Shown piece by piece: positions 17,690-26,909 of a stretch of 64,000 bases of DNA; positions within the stretch are counted from its first letter, which is position 1, and every line of letters starts with the position of its first letter. Source of the DNA: Planctomycetota bacterium (GTDB lineage: Bacteria; Planctomycetota; PLA2; JAEUHO01); assembly GCA_965223505.1 (NCBI GenBank), contig CBDCWP010000040.1, positions 128,001 to 192,000 on the forward strand, given 5' to 3'. The notes beneath the pieces are model-generated. The model saw nothing but the letters and a program-made list of their open reading frames with translations. It had not been told where the DNA came from and did no database searches. A program made the position numbers and the translations under genes.

Positions 17690-17872
17690 ATGCCAGCGCC
17701 GATGCGTTGGGCCACCACAGCCCTCAGACACCGCGACCGCAGGCAGGTGGCCAGCGTCGATTGCTTCCTGGACGAGTGGTTCGAGGTGCGTCCGAGGCAG
17801 ACCATGCCGGGACGCTGATCTGGGGCCCAACCTCACTGCGATAGCGGACCTGTCACTCGGCGCGTACAGACT

Positions 17873-19351
17873 ATGGCAATGGGCTACACAGACCGCCTCT
17901 CGTTTGACTCGGTAATCCCCGATGCCGAGCGCGTTCAGCGCGAACTGAGCAGGAGTGCGGAGCAGCTCTTCGGCGCGCTTCACCCTTCGCTGACACCACG
18001 CGTGTACCCAATCGCGGTGCCGAAGGAACCATCGGGCAGGCTGATCGTCACACCTGACCACCCGGAGTGGCTTGCAACCGCATCGAGGCTAGCGAACAAG
18101 CAGTTCCCGCGGAAGAAGATCAACGCAACGCTGGTGGGCCTTGAGCAATCGGAGGCAGCCACAGCATTCGCTGAGGAGAGCGTACGAAGCCACCACTTTG
18201 GTTTCACGATATCGCAGGCCATTGAGCAAGCCGTCGCACACCACGGCGACGACACCTATACCTACGCCTGCTCTGATGGGACGTTCCGACGGGGGTACTG
18301 GATCGGAACGGTCCTGGGGCTTCCCTCTGCAGCCCTGGATTGGACCGACCGCTTTAGGACGCAGTTGATTACCGACTCAAATAGGAAACCAGGGCTCGTT
18401 CCGGCGGCAGTGGGACGATACCTGGCAATGGCATCTCGAGTGCTTCGAGAGGCGAAGGAGTTTGACGAACTCCCGACAACGTGGCCCGAGGAGATCCTCC
18501 GCGAGGCCGGCGCGCTTCTCCTGGCACACGCAAGCGGCATTGAGTACGGCGCATTCCACCTCTTTGATGCACTTACCACCGTCGCGGCACTGCCGTACGA
18601 GGGCAAGACGTGTACGGCGCGGGTGCACGTTGGACCCGAATGGAAAGTTCGAAGGTCCATCGAGGTCGAACTTGAGGGACCGATCGGCACGCAGAGCCAT
18701 CGCCAGTTCAGGAAGCTCGCAGCCACGGCAGCGAATGTCCCGCTTCTGACAGATGGCGCACAGTTGCTCGGCTTCGGTGAGATTCCCAAGGAACTGCAGC
18801 CGGCGTCCGTCGGATTCACGGGGCTCTCCCAGTGGGCCCTATCCCTTGGCGCAACGCAGCTGATGCAGGTAACGGCGGGACTGGTACGGCTGCCCGCCCA
18901 TGTGCTGGCACCGGCGGAGATCCTGGCGCGAATACACCATGTGTTTCCAGACGCCCCACACGAGGCTTCAGAGCGGCTCGGAGAGCTTGTTGACCAGCTC
19001 GTCTCGCTACGAGAGAGCGGCCTGCTGATCATCACGGAGCAACCGCAGAAGTTCCGAAACTTCAAGAGTAGTTACGCTCTCCGCCCACGCGCATTGTCTG
19101 CGAAACGCATTCGTGACCTCCTGCGGATGGATGGCGCGGTCGTGCTGGATCTCGATGCGAGGCTACACGCCGCTGGGGTGATCCTCGATGGCCGTGCCTG
19201 CGATGCGGAGGATCCCAGCCGAGGAGCTCGTTTCAACTCAGCCCTACGGTTTGTCAGAGATACACCATGTCTTGCTGTGGTGCTTTCCGAGGACGGCATG
19301 GTTGATCTGCTTCCGAACCTCGCACCCGACGAACCGAGCGGGGAGCGCTGA
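17873..19351 (+). CDS. Diadenylate cyclase (DisA_N/DAC) domain protein with long N-terminal sensor-like region
   Basis: MDGAVVLD, GVILDG, SRGARFNSA, VVLSEDGMVD; upstream LPYEG...RKL...LLTDG segment like DACNG/DACNH-type proteins. No TM or HhH domain. Confidence 0.85.
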   Translation: MAMGYTDRLSFDSVIPDAERVQRELSRSAEQLFGALHPSLTPRVYPIAVPKEPSGRLIVTPDHPEWLATASRLANKQFPRKKINATLVGLEQSEAATAFAEESVRSHHFGFTISQAIEQAVAHHGDDTYTYACSDGTFRRGYWIGTVLGLPSAALDWTDRFRTQLITDSNRKPGLVPAAVGRYLAMASRVLREAKEFDELPTTWPEEILREAGALLLAHASGIEYGAFHLFDALTTVAALPYEGKTCTARVHVGPEWKVRRSIEVELEGPIGTQSHRQFRKLAATAANVPLLTDGAQLLGFGEIPKELQPASVGFTGLSQWALSLGATQLMQVTAGLVRLPAHVLAPAEILARIHHVFPDAPHEASERLGELVDQLVSLRESGLLIITEQPQKFRNFKSSYALRPRALSAKRIRDLLRMDGAVVLDLDARLHAAGVILDGRACDAEDPSRGARFNSALRFVRDTPCLAVVLSEDGMVDLLPNLAPDEPSGER

Positions 19352-19426
19352 CTCGATTCCGGCGGACAAGACTCCATGGGAGCACCGCAGAAGCGCCACC
19401 CGTCATCGACACAGCCTGCCCATCTA

Positions 19427-19477
19427 CAGAGAGCCGGTTTGGGGAGATGTTTGACGTGCCGGCGCCACGACCTCGCC
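19427..19477 (+). repeat. 51-bp direct repeat, copy 2
   Basis: CAGAGAGCCGGTTTGGGGAGATGTTTGACGTGCCGGCGCCACGACCTCGCC. Confidence 0.95.
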
Positions 19478-19558
19478 TTTGGTCGCACCTCCTCGCACGA
19501 ACGGCACATATGGCGATTCGGCGCACAGGCGAACGGGTGGCCCCGCAGGGCCATTTGT

Positions 19559-19646
19559 TGGTGCCGAAGGTGGGACTCGAACCCACAAGCCCTAAACGGG
19601 CGGGGGATTTTGAATCCCCTGCGTCTGCCAATTCCGCCACTTCGGC
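19559..19646 (-). tRNA. tRNA-Leu(CAA)
   Basis: GCCGAAGTGGCGGAATTGGCAGACGCAGGGGATTCAAAATCCCCCGCCCGTTTAGGGCTTGTGGGTTCGAGTCCCACCTTCGGCACCA; canonical, long variable arm, encoded CCA. Confidence 0.97.
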
Positions 19647-19710
19647 TCGCCTGACAAGGCCGACTGTTATGGCCCGAACTGCCCCCGACGCAAGTGTTGC
19701 CACATCGACC

Positions 19711-20718
19711 TCACTCGAACACGCCACCAATGCGCCGGACCGGGTCCCGCAGCTCCTCGAATCGAATCAGCGACGTCAGGCTCGTCGTACCCAAGATCGC
19801 AAGCCCCCACGCCCAAAGCGCGTACCCCCCGACGATCATCGAAGTGTTGACGGGCGTCGCAATGGCACCGATCCCAAACCCGCCGGTCACGACATAGTAC
19901 GACCACCACCACACCATCGGGAGCACCAGAAACGCCGCAATCGCCAAACCAACGATCACCTTGAGCAACCGTCGATCCGGTTCACGTCGCAAGCCGAAGA
20001 GTGCCAGCCCTCCGGTCAGGACGAGCAGCCCAATGGCGAACATGTACGACAGCAGAAGCGTGCGCTCAGCGGGATTCTCGACGTCATCGAGCGCATCGAG
20101 GATGTGCCAAAGCCCAATGCCGGTCGGCCTCGCACTGAGGACCACGATCAACATGCTGCCGCCACCCAAGGTGGTCATCAAGCGAGATGCACGCGACCGG
20201 GGATTCAACAGCAACCCTCGCGCTCCTCCGGCGATCGCGATCAAGAGCAAGACACGCACTCCCGGTGAGCCACCGCCGAAGCCGAACAACCCAAACGGCA
20301 GATTCTGGACCACTCTCTGCATCCATATCCACTCGCCCGTGTCAGCCGTTCGGGTCAACACGAACATCGTCGACAGCGCGAGCAGAACGGCTGAACGACC
20401 GGACGCGACACGGCCACGCACCAGCAGAAGCGCAATGACCGCGAACGCGACGGGCAGCATCACCTCCGCGAGCAAGAAGATCACATCCGTCCTCACGAGA
20501 GAGAATCGCTCCCACGGCCATGCCAAGACAAGCAACGGCCCGTCGCCCGAGAACGTGAACTCTGGCCCTGGAGCACAGGCGCTCAATACCAGCGCAGTCG
20601 CCGCGGCCACCGTGCGGCGTCTGAGAGACCTTCGCAGAGACGCGACCTCACGACGCAGCGCGGCTTCATCATCGACGTCTGCCGCAGTGCCGCCCTGTCC
20701 ACCCTCACTGTCCTTCAT
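19711..20718 (-). CDS. Multi-pass membrane protein, hypothetical
   Basis: About 8-9 hydrophobic segments; start uncertain. Confidence 0.7.
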   Translation of the reverse strand: MKDSEGGQGGTAADVDDEAALRREVASLRRSLRRRTVAAATALVLSACAPGPEFTFSGDGPLLVLAWPWERFSLVRTDVIFLLAEVMLPVAFAVIALLLVRGRVASGRSAVLLALSTMFVLTRTADTGEWIWMQRVVQNLPFGLFGFGGGSPGVRVLLLIAIAGGARGLLLNPRSRASRLMTTLGGGSMLIVVLSARPTGIGLWHILDALDDVENPAERTLLLSYMFAIGLLVLTGGLALFGLRREPDRRLLKVIVGLAIAAFLVLPMVWWWSYYVVTGGFGIGAIATPVNTSMIVGGYALWAWGLAILGTTSLTSLIRFEELRDPVRRIGGVFE

Positions 20719-20755
20719 CACTCGAACACCCCTGTCCGCCACTTGGATCGCTCGA

Positions 20756-22084
20756 TCAACGGGGCCCCTCGGATCTCAGCTCCTTGATCCGCACGTTCCG
20801 GAAGCAAACGACGCTGTTCTTCCAGTCCTGGTGGTTCTGCAGGCCGATCATCCCCTTCGTCGCCCGGTCCCCGACGTACTCGTTGATCCGCTCACCGTTG
20901 AGCCACACCGCATACGTCTGCCCCTCACACCGGATCTCCATCGCGTTCCACTCGCCCGGCGTCTTCAACGTCACCTTCGAGGGCGCCTTGAACGTGTAGA
21001 CCGCGCCGGTGTTGTGCTTCGACGGCTCGTCGCCCTGGATCTGGATCTCGTACCCCTCGTTCACGGGCAACCACGGATCCCCGTTCACACGCGGGAACCG
21101 CACGAACACACCCGAGTTCGCGTGCACCGCGTTCTGCCTGAACTCGAGTCGCAGCACGAAGTCCTCGAACACCTCGTCGAAGTACCACAGCCCCATGCCC
21201 CCCACCGGCGTCGCCACGCCGTCCGCGACCTCGAACCTGCCCGGCCCGGCCTGCTTCCAACCGCGCGCACCGACCGTCGCGTCGAACAATGGAACGAACC
21301 CGTCCGCGTCGGGCTTGCGCTCGATCGGGGGCTCGGGCTCCGCCATGCTCCACGCAATGCCTTCGACCACATGCGTCAGGAAGCGCTCGTCCTCCCAGTT
21401 GTGCGGGTGATGGCCCAGCGCCGTGTAGAAGACGCGTCCCTCCCCGAACTCCTTGCACCAGGCCGTCGCGAAGTCCTTGTCGGCTCGCTTCACGCCCATC
21501 GTCTCGAGATCGACGCTCTTCACGTCCAGGCTCAGCAGGACCGTCGCGTCCGCGCGACTCCAGGCCTTGAACTGGTAGATCTCGTCGTGGATCTCGAACG
21601 CGTGCCCCAGGTGCTTCGTCGCCGGATGCTCCTGATCCTCGACCCGGATCCGCACCTTCTGGTTCCACGGATGGCCGTCGAAGTAGGCGCCCGTCATTTC
21701 GCCGTACGGCGCGTACTCGTAGAAGGTGTCCGTCGCGCAATGGATACCGACGAACCCGCCGCCGTTGCGCACGAACTGGATCAACCCCTTCTTCGTCGCG
21801 TCGTCCACCGGCAGCTCGCCCGTCGTGTAGAAGACGACCGCGTCGAACGTCGCCAGCTTCCCGAGATAGGCCACGTCCTGCGTCGCGGTCACCTCGAATC
21901 GCTCGCCGACCGCCTCGACGAGCCTGCGCTCGGCGTGCGACAGCTCGTCCGGCAACGCGCGCTTGACGACTCGATGCACGTAGCCCGCCGAGTGCGTCAG
22001 GAACAGCACCCGCGGCTTGCGCGGTGTGTCCTCCTCGCAGCCCACCACGAGCAGCAGGCAGATTGCGATCCACGCCGCTCTCAT
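20756..22084 (-). CDS. Lipoprotein with ThuA-like domain + DUF1080 (3-keto-glycoside hydrolase-like) domain
   Basis: Lipobox LVVGC; GGGFVGIHCATD, GRVFYTALGH; ANSGVFVR, GYEIQI, GEWN, GMIGLQNH, FRNVRIKEL. Confidence 0.9.
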   Translation of the reverse strand: MRAAWIAICLLLVVGCEEDTPRKPRVLFLTHSAGYVHRVVKRALPDELSHAERRLVEAVGERFEVTATQDVAYLGKLATFDAVVFYTTGELPVDDATKKGLIQFVRNGGGFVGIHCATDTFYEYAPYGEMTGAYFDGHPWNQKVRIRVEDQEHPATKHLGHAFEIHDEIYQFKAWSRADATVLLSLDVKSVDLETMGVKRADKDFATAWCKEFGEGRVFYTALGHHPHNWEDERFLTHVVEGIAWSMAEPEPPIERKPDADGFVPLFDATVGARGWKQAGPGRFEVADGVATPVGGMGLWYFDEVFEDFVLRLEFRQNAVHANSGVFVRFPRVNGDPWLPVNEGYEIQIQGDEPSKHNTGAVYTFKAPSKVTLKTPGEWNAMEIRCEGQTYAVWLNGERINEYVGDRATKGMIGLQNHQDWKNSVVCFRNVRIKELRSEGPR

Positions 22085-22977
22085 CGCGCGTACACGTCGT
22101 CCATGCGCTTCGCGATCTCGGCCAGGCGCTCCTCGCCCCCGCCTCCGACCTCGGCCGTGCCCCAGCCGCGCCAGTCGATCTTCGCCAACGCCTTGTTGAC
22201 CTCGCCCCAGTCGCCGTCGCCGTCGCCGATCTTCGTGCGGAAGCCTTTGCCCAGCCCTTCCTGATTGCTCAGCTTCTTGCTGAAGTCCTTGATGTCGAGC
22301 TTCTTGATGCGCTTGCCCAGCGCCTCGATCCAGTGCTGCGGCCAGCCGTAGCGAACGATGTTGCCGATGTCGAGGTACCAGCCCACCCACTCGCTCTCGA
22401 GCTCGTCCAGATAGCGCGCCGCCTCCAACGGACTGAGCAGGAAGTTGTTCCACACGTTCTCGATCGCGATCGTGATCTGATTCTCCGCGGCCAGCGGCAG
22501 CACCTTCTTGATCTCGGCCTGCGACCGCTCGTACGCGTCCTTGTACGAGACCCCCCGGTTCACGACGGCCGGAACAAGGAGTACGGTGGAGCCGCCGTAG
22601 GTCTTGGCGTCGCGAATCGCGGTCTCGAGCCCCTTGCGGCCCTCGGCGCGGACGTCGGGGTTCGGATCGGAGAGGGTCTTGCGCCAGTGCACCGAGTCGA
22701 CGACGCCGTGAATGGGAAGCCCGACCTCGTCGCGCGCCGCGCAGACCTCGGCCTTGTCCAGGCCCGACGGGGCGTCGAGCTCGATGCCGTCGAAGCCGAG
22801 CTTCTTCACGAGCGCGAACTTCTCCTTGACCGTCCCCTTGATGCCGACCATGCCGAATTTGACGGCCTTCTTGATGCGGGCGTTCTCGGCGAACGCGCGC
22901 GGCATGAACGCGGCCATCGCACCCGCCGCCGCGGCGCCGGCCATCAACGTGCGGCGCGTCATCTCGTTCTGCTTCAA
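22081..22977 (-). CDS. Tat-exported sugar phosphate isomerase/epimerase (xylose-isomerase-like TIM barrel)
   Basis: TRRTLM Tat motif; GFDGIEL, IAIENVWNNFLLSP, DIGN, LDIKDF. TTG start after GGAGGG (ATG at 22962 is an alternative). Confidence 0.9.
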   Translation of the reverse strand: MKQNEMTRRTLMAGAAAAGAMAAFMPRAFAENARIKKAVKFGMVGIKGTVKEKFALVKKLGFDGIELDAPSGLDKAEVCAARDEVGLPIHGVVDSVHWRKTLSDPNPDVRAEGRKGLETAIRDAKTYGGSTVLLVPAVVNRGVSYKDAYERSQAEIKKVLPLAAENQITIAIENVWNNFLLSPLEAARYLDELESEWVGWYLDIGNIVRYGWPQHWIEALGKRIKKLDIKDFSKKLSNQEGLGKGFRTKIGDGDGDWGEVNKALAKIDWRGWGTAEVGGGGEERLAEIAKRMDDVYAR

Positions 22978-23937
22978 CTGGCCCTCCTGCTCTTCGCCGC
23001 GTGCGCCGGCGACGATGCGCCGCCTCCAGCCCGATACGAGCTCGAGCGCGTGCTCATGGGCACGCACATGCGGATCGCACTCTACGCATCCGACGAAGCG
23101 AGCGCAAAGGCGGCCGCCGAAGCGGCGTTCGATCGCGTGGGCGACATCGAATCGAAGATCTCGAGCTGGAAGGACGACAGCGAGCTCAGCCGGCTCGTCG
23201 CGACCGACTGGTCGACGTCGGAGCCGGTGACGATCTCAGAGGACCTCTACCGGTGCCTGAAGATCGGATACGAGTTCGGCGAGCGCAGCGACGGCGCGCT
23301 CGACATCACCGCCGGCCCGCTCATCGCACTCTGGCGCGAGGCGCGCGAAGACGGCGTGCTGCCGACGCGTCAGGCCCTCGACGCGGCCAAGCAGCAGGTC
23401 GGCTGGCAGCGCATCCACCTCGGCGAGGACGGCCGGTCGGTTCGCCTCGAGCCCGGCACGCAGATCGACTTCGGCGCGTTCGGCAAGGGGTACGCGATCG
23501 ACGAGGCCGCGCGGGTGCTCTTCGACCGACGCATGTTCGTCTACCTGATCGACTTCGGCGGCGACATCGCGCTCGGCGACGCCCCGGCCGGAAAGACGGG
23601 TTGGAAGATCGACGTGCCGGGCTGGCCCGAGCCCGTCGGGCTTCGCATGGCGGCCGTGGCCACGTCGGGGAAGTCGGCGCAGTTCGTCGAGATCGACGGA
23701 ACGCGCTATTCGCACATCATCGATCCGCGCTACGGAGACGCGGTCACGCACGATCACCAGGTCACGGTGATCGCCTTCGACGCGTACCGCGCCGACGCGG
23801 AAGCCACGTTGCTCAGTGTCGTGGACGTGTCGCACGCATCGCTGCATCTGCGGTCGTCTTCGTCCGTCGCGCTCATCGTCGAGAACGGCGAGCCCATCTG
23901 GAAGAGCCTCAACTTCCCGCGTCTACCGGGCGAATGA
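22969..23937 (+). CDS. apbE: FAD:protein FMN transferase (ApbE family)
   Basis: MGT, SELSRL, GALDITAGPL, IDFGAFGKGYAID, DFGGDI, AVATSG, YSHIIDPR, ADAEAT; lipobox-like LFAAC. Start codon unclear. Confidence 0.9.
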   Translation: MLQLALLLFAACAGDDAPPPARYELERVLMGTHMRIALYASDEASAKAAAEAAFDRVGDIESKISSWKDDSELSRLVATDWSTSEPVTISEDLYRCLKIGYEFGERSDGALDITAGPLIALWREAREDGVLPTRQALDAAKQQVGWQRIHLGEDGRSVRLEPGTQIDFGAFGKGYAIDEAARVLFDRRMFVYLIDFGGDIALGDAPAGKTGWKIDVPGWPEPVGLRMAAVATSGKSAQFVEIDGTRYSHIIDPRYGDAVTHDHQVTVIAFDAYRADAEATLLSVVDVSHASLHLRSSSSVALIVENGEPIWKSLNFPRLPGE

Positions 23938-24703
23938 CGCGGAAGCCCGTGTACGGACCGTCGCACAGCCACCATTGGCTGCGCGGCCGCTGGGGATCGC
24001 GCTCGTTCCATTCGAACAAGACCGGCTGCTCGTAGGTGCCGTTCACCTTCTCCGCCGGATCGGCGAAGGAGCCGCCGCGGAGAATCGGCCACGTATCTCC
24101 GTTCTCGTCCTCAGGCGTCGTGTCGGTCGTGTACTCCGCGACGTTGCCCAGCAGGTCGTAGATGCCGAGCGCGTTGGGTTGCAGCGACGCCACGGGTTGC
24201 GTCTTGCCGCCGCTGTTCTTCGCGAACCAGGCGTACGCGGACTTCACTTTCCTCGGCTGTCGGGCGCCGGCTTCCTTCGCGCCGAGGAACGCCCACTCCC
24301 ACTCGTCCCCCGACGGCAGTCGATACGTCTTTCCAGTCTTCTTCGAAAGCCAGACGCAGTACTGCTGCGCGGCGTGACGCGACATGCCGCACGCGGGACG
24401 CTTGCCGGTCCCCCAGCCCTTGTCGTGCGGGTGATACGAACGCGACGGTCGCGCCACGGCGTCGACGCCCTCCGGCGTCTCCTCGCCGAGCGCGAACAGC
24501 TCGTACTCCTTCCAGGTCACCTCGGTCTTGCCGATCCAGAAGTTGCCGAAAGCGACCCACACCATGTCGAACGTCACGTTCGTGCCCGGAATCGACTCCG
24601 TGTAGTTCGCCTTCGGGGTAGGCGGCGCGCGGGACGCCTGCCGCGCAGCCTCGTCACCGCAGGCGCACAGAGACAGAAGCAGCGTGATGCCGATCGCCCT
24701 CAA
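23909..24703 (-). CDS. Formylglycine-generating enzyme (SUMF1/FGE-sulfatase) domain lipoprotein
   Basis: FWIGKTEVT, YRLPSGDEWE, PNALGIYDLLGNVAEY, LRGGSF, TGFRV; TTG overlaps the upstream stop. Confidence 0.88.
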   Translation of the reverse strand: MRAIGITLLLSLCACGDEAARQASRAPPTPKANYTESIPGTNVTFDMVWVAFGNFWIGKTEVTWKEYELFALGEETPEGVDAVARPSRSYHPHDKGWGTGKRPACGMSRHAAQQYCVWLSKKTGKTYRLPSGDEWEWAFLGAKEAGARQPRKVKSAYAWFAKNSGGKTQPVASLQPNALGIYDLLGNVAEYTTDTTPEDENGDTWPILRGGSFADPAEKVNGTYEQPVLFEWNERDPQRPRSQWWLCDGPYTGFRVIRPVDAGS

Positions 24704-25965
24704 GCGCGCTTCATCCCCGGACGCGGCACCGGACGAACCGCCTTGTCGCCGAACGCGATGACGTCTTCGCTCAGCAAGAGATCGCTCTTCATCATCTCGT
24801 CCCACGTGACCTCTCTGCCGGTGTACGCGGCCTCACGCCCCATGATCGCGGTCAGCGTCGTGTGCGCGACCTGCTCCGCCTCGTTGAGCGGCGTGCCGGC
24901 GCGAATGCTCTCGACCAGGTCCGTGTGCTCCTGCACGTACATACCGCGCGGCGCCTTGCCTTCGTACTTCCACGGGAACTTGCCTTCGATCTTGCCCCAG
25001 TAGGGATTGCCCCAGCCCTGGGTGCCGGTGAACGTCGCGCTCACGTGGTTGTGGCAGTGGTCCATCTGCCGGCAGACGCTCGTGACGTGCTTGCCGCCCG
25101 GGTACTCGTAGTCGATCGCGAAGTGGTCGTAGATGTTTCCCCACTTCTCTTCGGTCCGATTGAGCCGCCCGCCCATGCCGACCGCCTTGACCGGATGGCT
25201 GCCCATGACCCAATCGCACACGTCGATCGTGTGGATGTGCTGCTCGACGATGTGGTCGCCCGCGATCCAGTCGAAGTAAAGCCAGTTGCGGATCTGGTAC
25301 GCGACGTCGTTCGGCGCGTCTCCCCGGTGCCACAGCAACCCCGTCAGGTAGTACGCGCGCCCGCTCAGGATCTCGCCGATGCGGCCGTCGTGGATCTCGG
25401 CGATCGTGTCGATCCACTGCTTCGCATGGCGGTACTGCGTGCCGGCGACGATGGCAAGGCCCTTCTCCTTGGCCTTCTCCCCCGCCGCGATGATGCGTCG
25501 AACGCCGACGGGGTCGACGGCGACCGGCTTCTCCATGAACACGTGCTTGCCGGCCTCGACCGCGGCTTCGACGTGTTGCGGCCGGAACCCGGGCGGCGTC
25601 GTGAACAGGACGATGTCGACGTCGAGGTCGAGCACACGCTTGTAGGCGTCGAACCCGATGAAGCGCTTGTCGTCGGGCACGTCGACGCCGAGCTTCTTGC
25701 GGCTCGTCAGGTACTTCAAGCTGCCGGCGATGCGGTCCTCGAAGAGGTCCGCCATCGCGACGAGCTCAATGTTCGGCGCCGACTGCAAGCAGTTCTCCGC
25801 TGCGCCGGTGCCGCGCCCGCCGCAACCGACGAGCGCGATCTTGAGCGGCGGGGGATCGCCGCCGTCGGCTTCGTCGGCGCGCGCGGTTCGCGCAAGGGCC
25901 AGACCGGCGGCGGTCGCCGCGGTGGCCGTCATGAACGTGCGTCGGGAGAGGTCGTCGTTCGACAT
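24700..25965 (-). CDS. Tat-exported Gfo/Idh/MocA family oxidoreductase
   Basis: SRRTFM; LVGCGGRG; TPPGFRP; HVFMEKP; GDHIVEQHIH. Confidence 0.93.
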   Translation of the reverse strand: MSNDDLSRRTFMTATAATAAGLALARTARADEADGGDPPPLKIALVGCGGRGTGAAENCLQSAPNIELVAMADLFEDRIAGSLKYLTSRKKLGVDVPDDKRFIGFDAYKRVLDLDVDIVLFTTPPGFRPQHVEAAVEAGKHVFMEKPVAVDPVGVRRIIAAGEKAKEKGLAIVAGTQYRHAKQWIDTIAEIHDGRIGEILSGRAYYLTGLLWHRGDAPNDVAYQIRNWLYFDWIAGDHIVEQHIHTIDVCDWVMGSHPVKAVGMGGRLNRTEEKWGNIYDHFAIDYEYPGGKHVTSVCRQMDHCHNHVSATFTGTQGWGNPYWGKIEGKFPWKYEGKAPRGMYVQEHTDLVESIRAGTPLNEAEQVAHTTLTAIMGREAAYTGREVTWDEMMKSDLLLSEDVIAFGDKAVRPVPRPGMKRA

Positions 25966-26022
25966 CGGGCGCCTCCGTTTCGGGGGCCCGGTTCTACGAC
26001 ATCGCGCGAGACCGATCCAGCG

Positions 26023-26832
26023 CTACGCGTCCTGGCGGACGTGGTTGTCCTTCGCGTGCACGAGCTTGTCGATGTAACAGCTCGTCACCTGAACCCGCGA
26101 CCAGCTCGGGCGCGGCTTCTCGAACGTCAGGTCGGAGAGCAGGGAGCGCGCGTCGTGCTCGGACCAGACCTGGAGCTGCTTTTCGTAAAGCAGGTCTTCG
26201 ATGCGCCGCTTCGTGTCCTCGAAGACGCGCTCCGCCTGGTCGTTCATCGTCTCGCCGTCGCGGTACAAGCGCGACTTCGGGAACTGCGCCAGCCGGATCG
26301 TCGCCCGCAGCGACGCCTTGACGTCGCGCGCGCGCGCGGCGCGCTTGCGCGCCGCCATCAGGTCATTCCAACTTTCGCCGTCCACGTTGCGAAGGTCCTT
26401 CAGTCGCTCCATGTCCCGGCGCGCGTACTCGAGGAGGCGGTCGATCGCTTCGCGCTGCCAGGGCTCGAGCTTCATCTTCTCGAGCACGTCTTCGAGCGCC
26501 AGCAGCGTCTCGGACGTGATGAGTGCCCCGAACGTCGGGGCGGCCTTCGTCACGTGAATCTGCTTGGTGTACTGCTCGACGAGCTTCTGCGCATACTCGG
26601 CGTCCGACATTGGCTTCGACTTCGGCGCCCGTCCGACGAGCGTGGGTCCATCGCGCCCGGGGTCCTTCGGCACGTCGGCCTCGCTGCCGATCATCGAACG
26701 CGGCGTCTCGTCGGGCCGAGGCGCTTCGGCGGCAATCGCCGCCTGCACGTCGAAGCTCTCATCGCCGCCGAACAGCGCGGCGACGGCAGAGAGGGCAAGT
26801 CCCAACAACGTGAATCCGATGGCCTTCGACAT
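26023..26832 (-). CDS. Exported hypothetical protein
   Basis: GGAGAA RBS; signal-like N-terminus MSKAIGFTLLGLALSAVAALFGG. Confidence 0.65.
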   Translation of the reverse strand: MSKAIGFTLLGLALSAVAALFGGDESFDVQAAIAAEAPRPDETPRSMIGSEADVPKDPGRDGPTLVGRAPKSKPMSDAEYAQKLVEQYTKQIHVTKAAPTFGALITSETLLALEDVLEKMKLEPWQREAIDRLLEYARRDMERLKDLRNVDGESWNDLMAARKRAARARDVKASLRATIRLAQFPKSRLYRDGETMNDQAERVFEDTKRRIEDLLYEKQLQVWSEHDARSLLSDLTFEKPRPSWSRVQVTSCYIDKLVHAKDNHVRQDA

Positions 26833-26909
26833 GGCGTTCTCCCTTCGTCTGGAAGGTGAGACGCGAAGCCGGAGAGGCCGTTTGCAAAGCCTCGGCAAAA
26901 GGAGGGTTG

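Larger units (their letters stand above)
2240..19558. mobile_element. Integrated prophage-like / satellite-like element at tRNA-Leu(CAA); left boundary not seen
   Basis: Tyrosine integrase, Xis-like protein, replication and helicase-loader genes, terminase, ParB-MTase and defence-like cargo. Ends at the 3' end of tRNA-Leu. Third codon positions look less GC-biased than in downstream core genes (by eye). Confidence 0.8.

Noticed and set aside
1..19558. Second att copy (tRNA-Leu 3'-end duplication)
   Set aside because: Not found by eye in the window, so the left boundary of the element is not called.
19961..22264. 767-aa plus-strand ORF (likewise 24862-26859, 27821-30187, 31697-34318, 38915-40789 and minus-strand 49572-51986)
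   Set aside because: Antisense shadows of well-supported genes in high-GC DNA, with no recognisable motifs.
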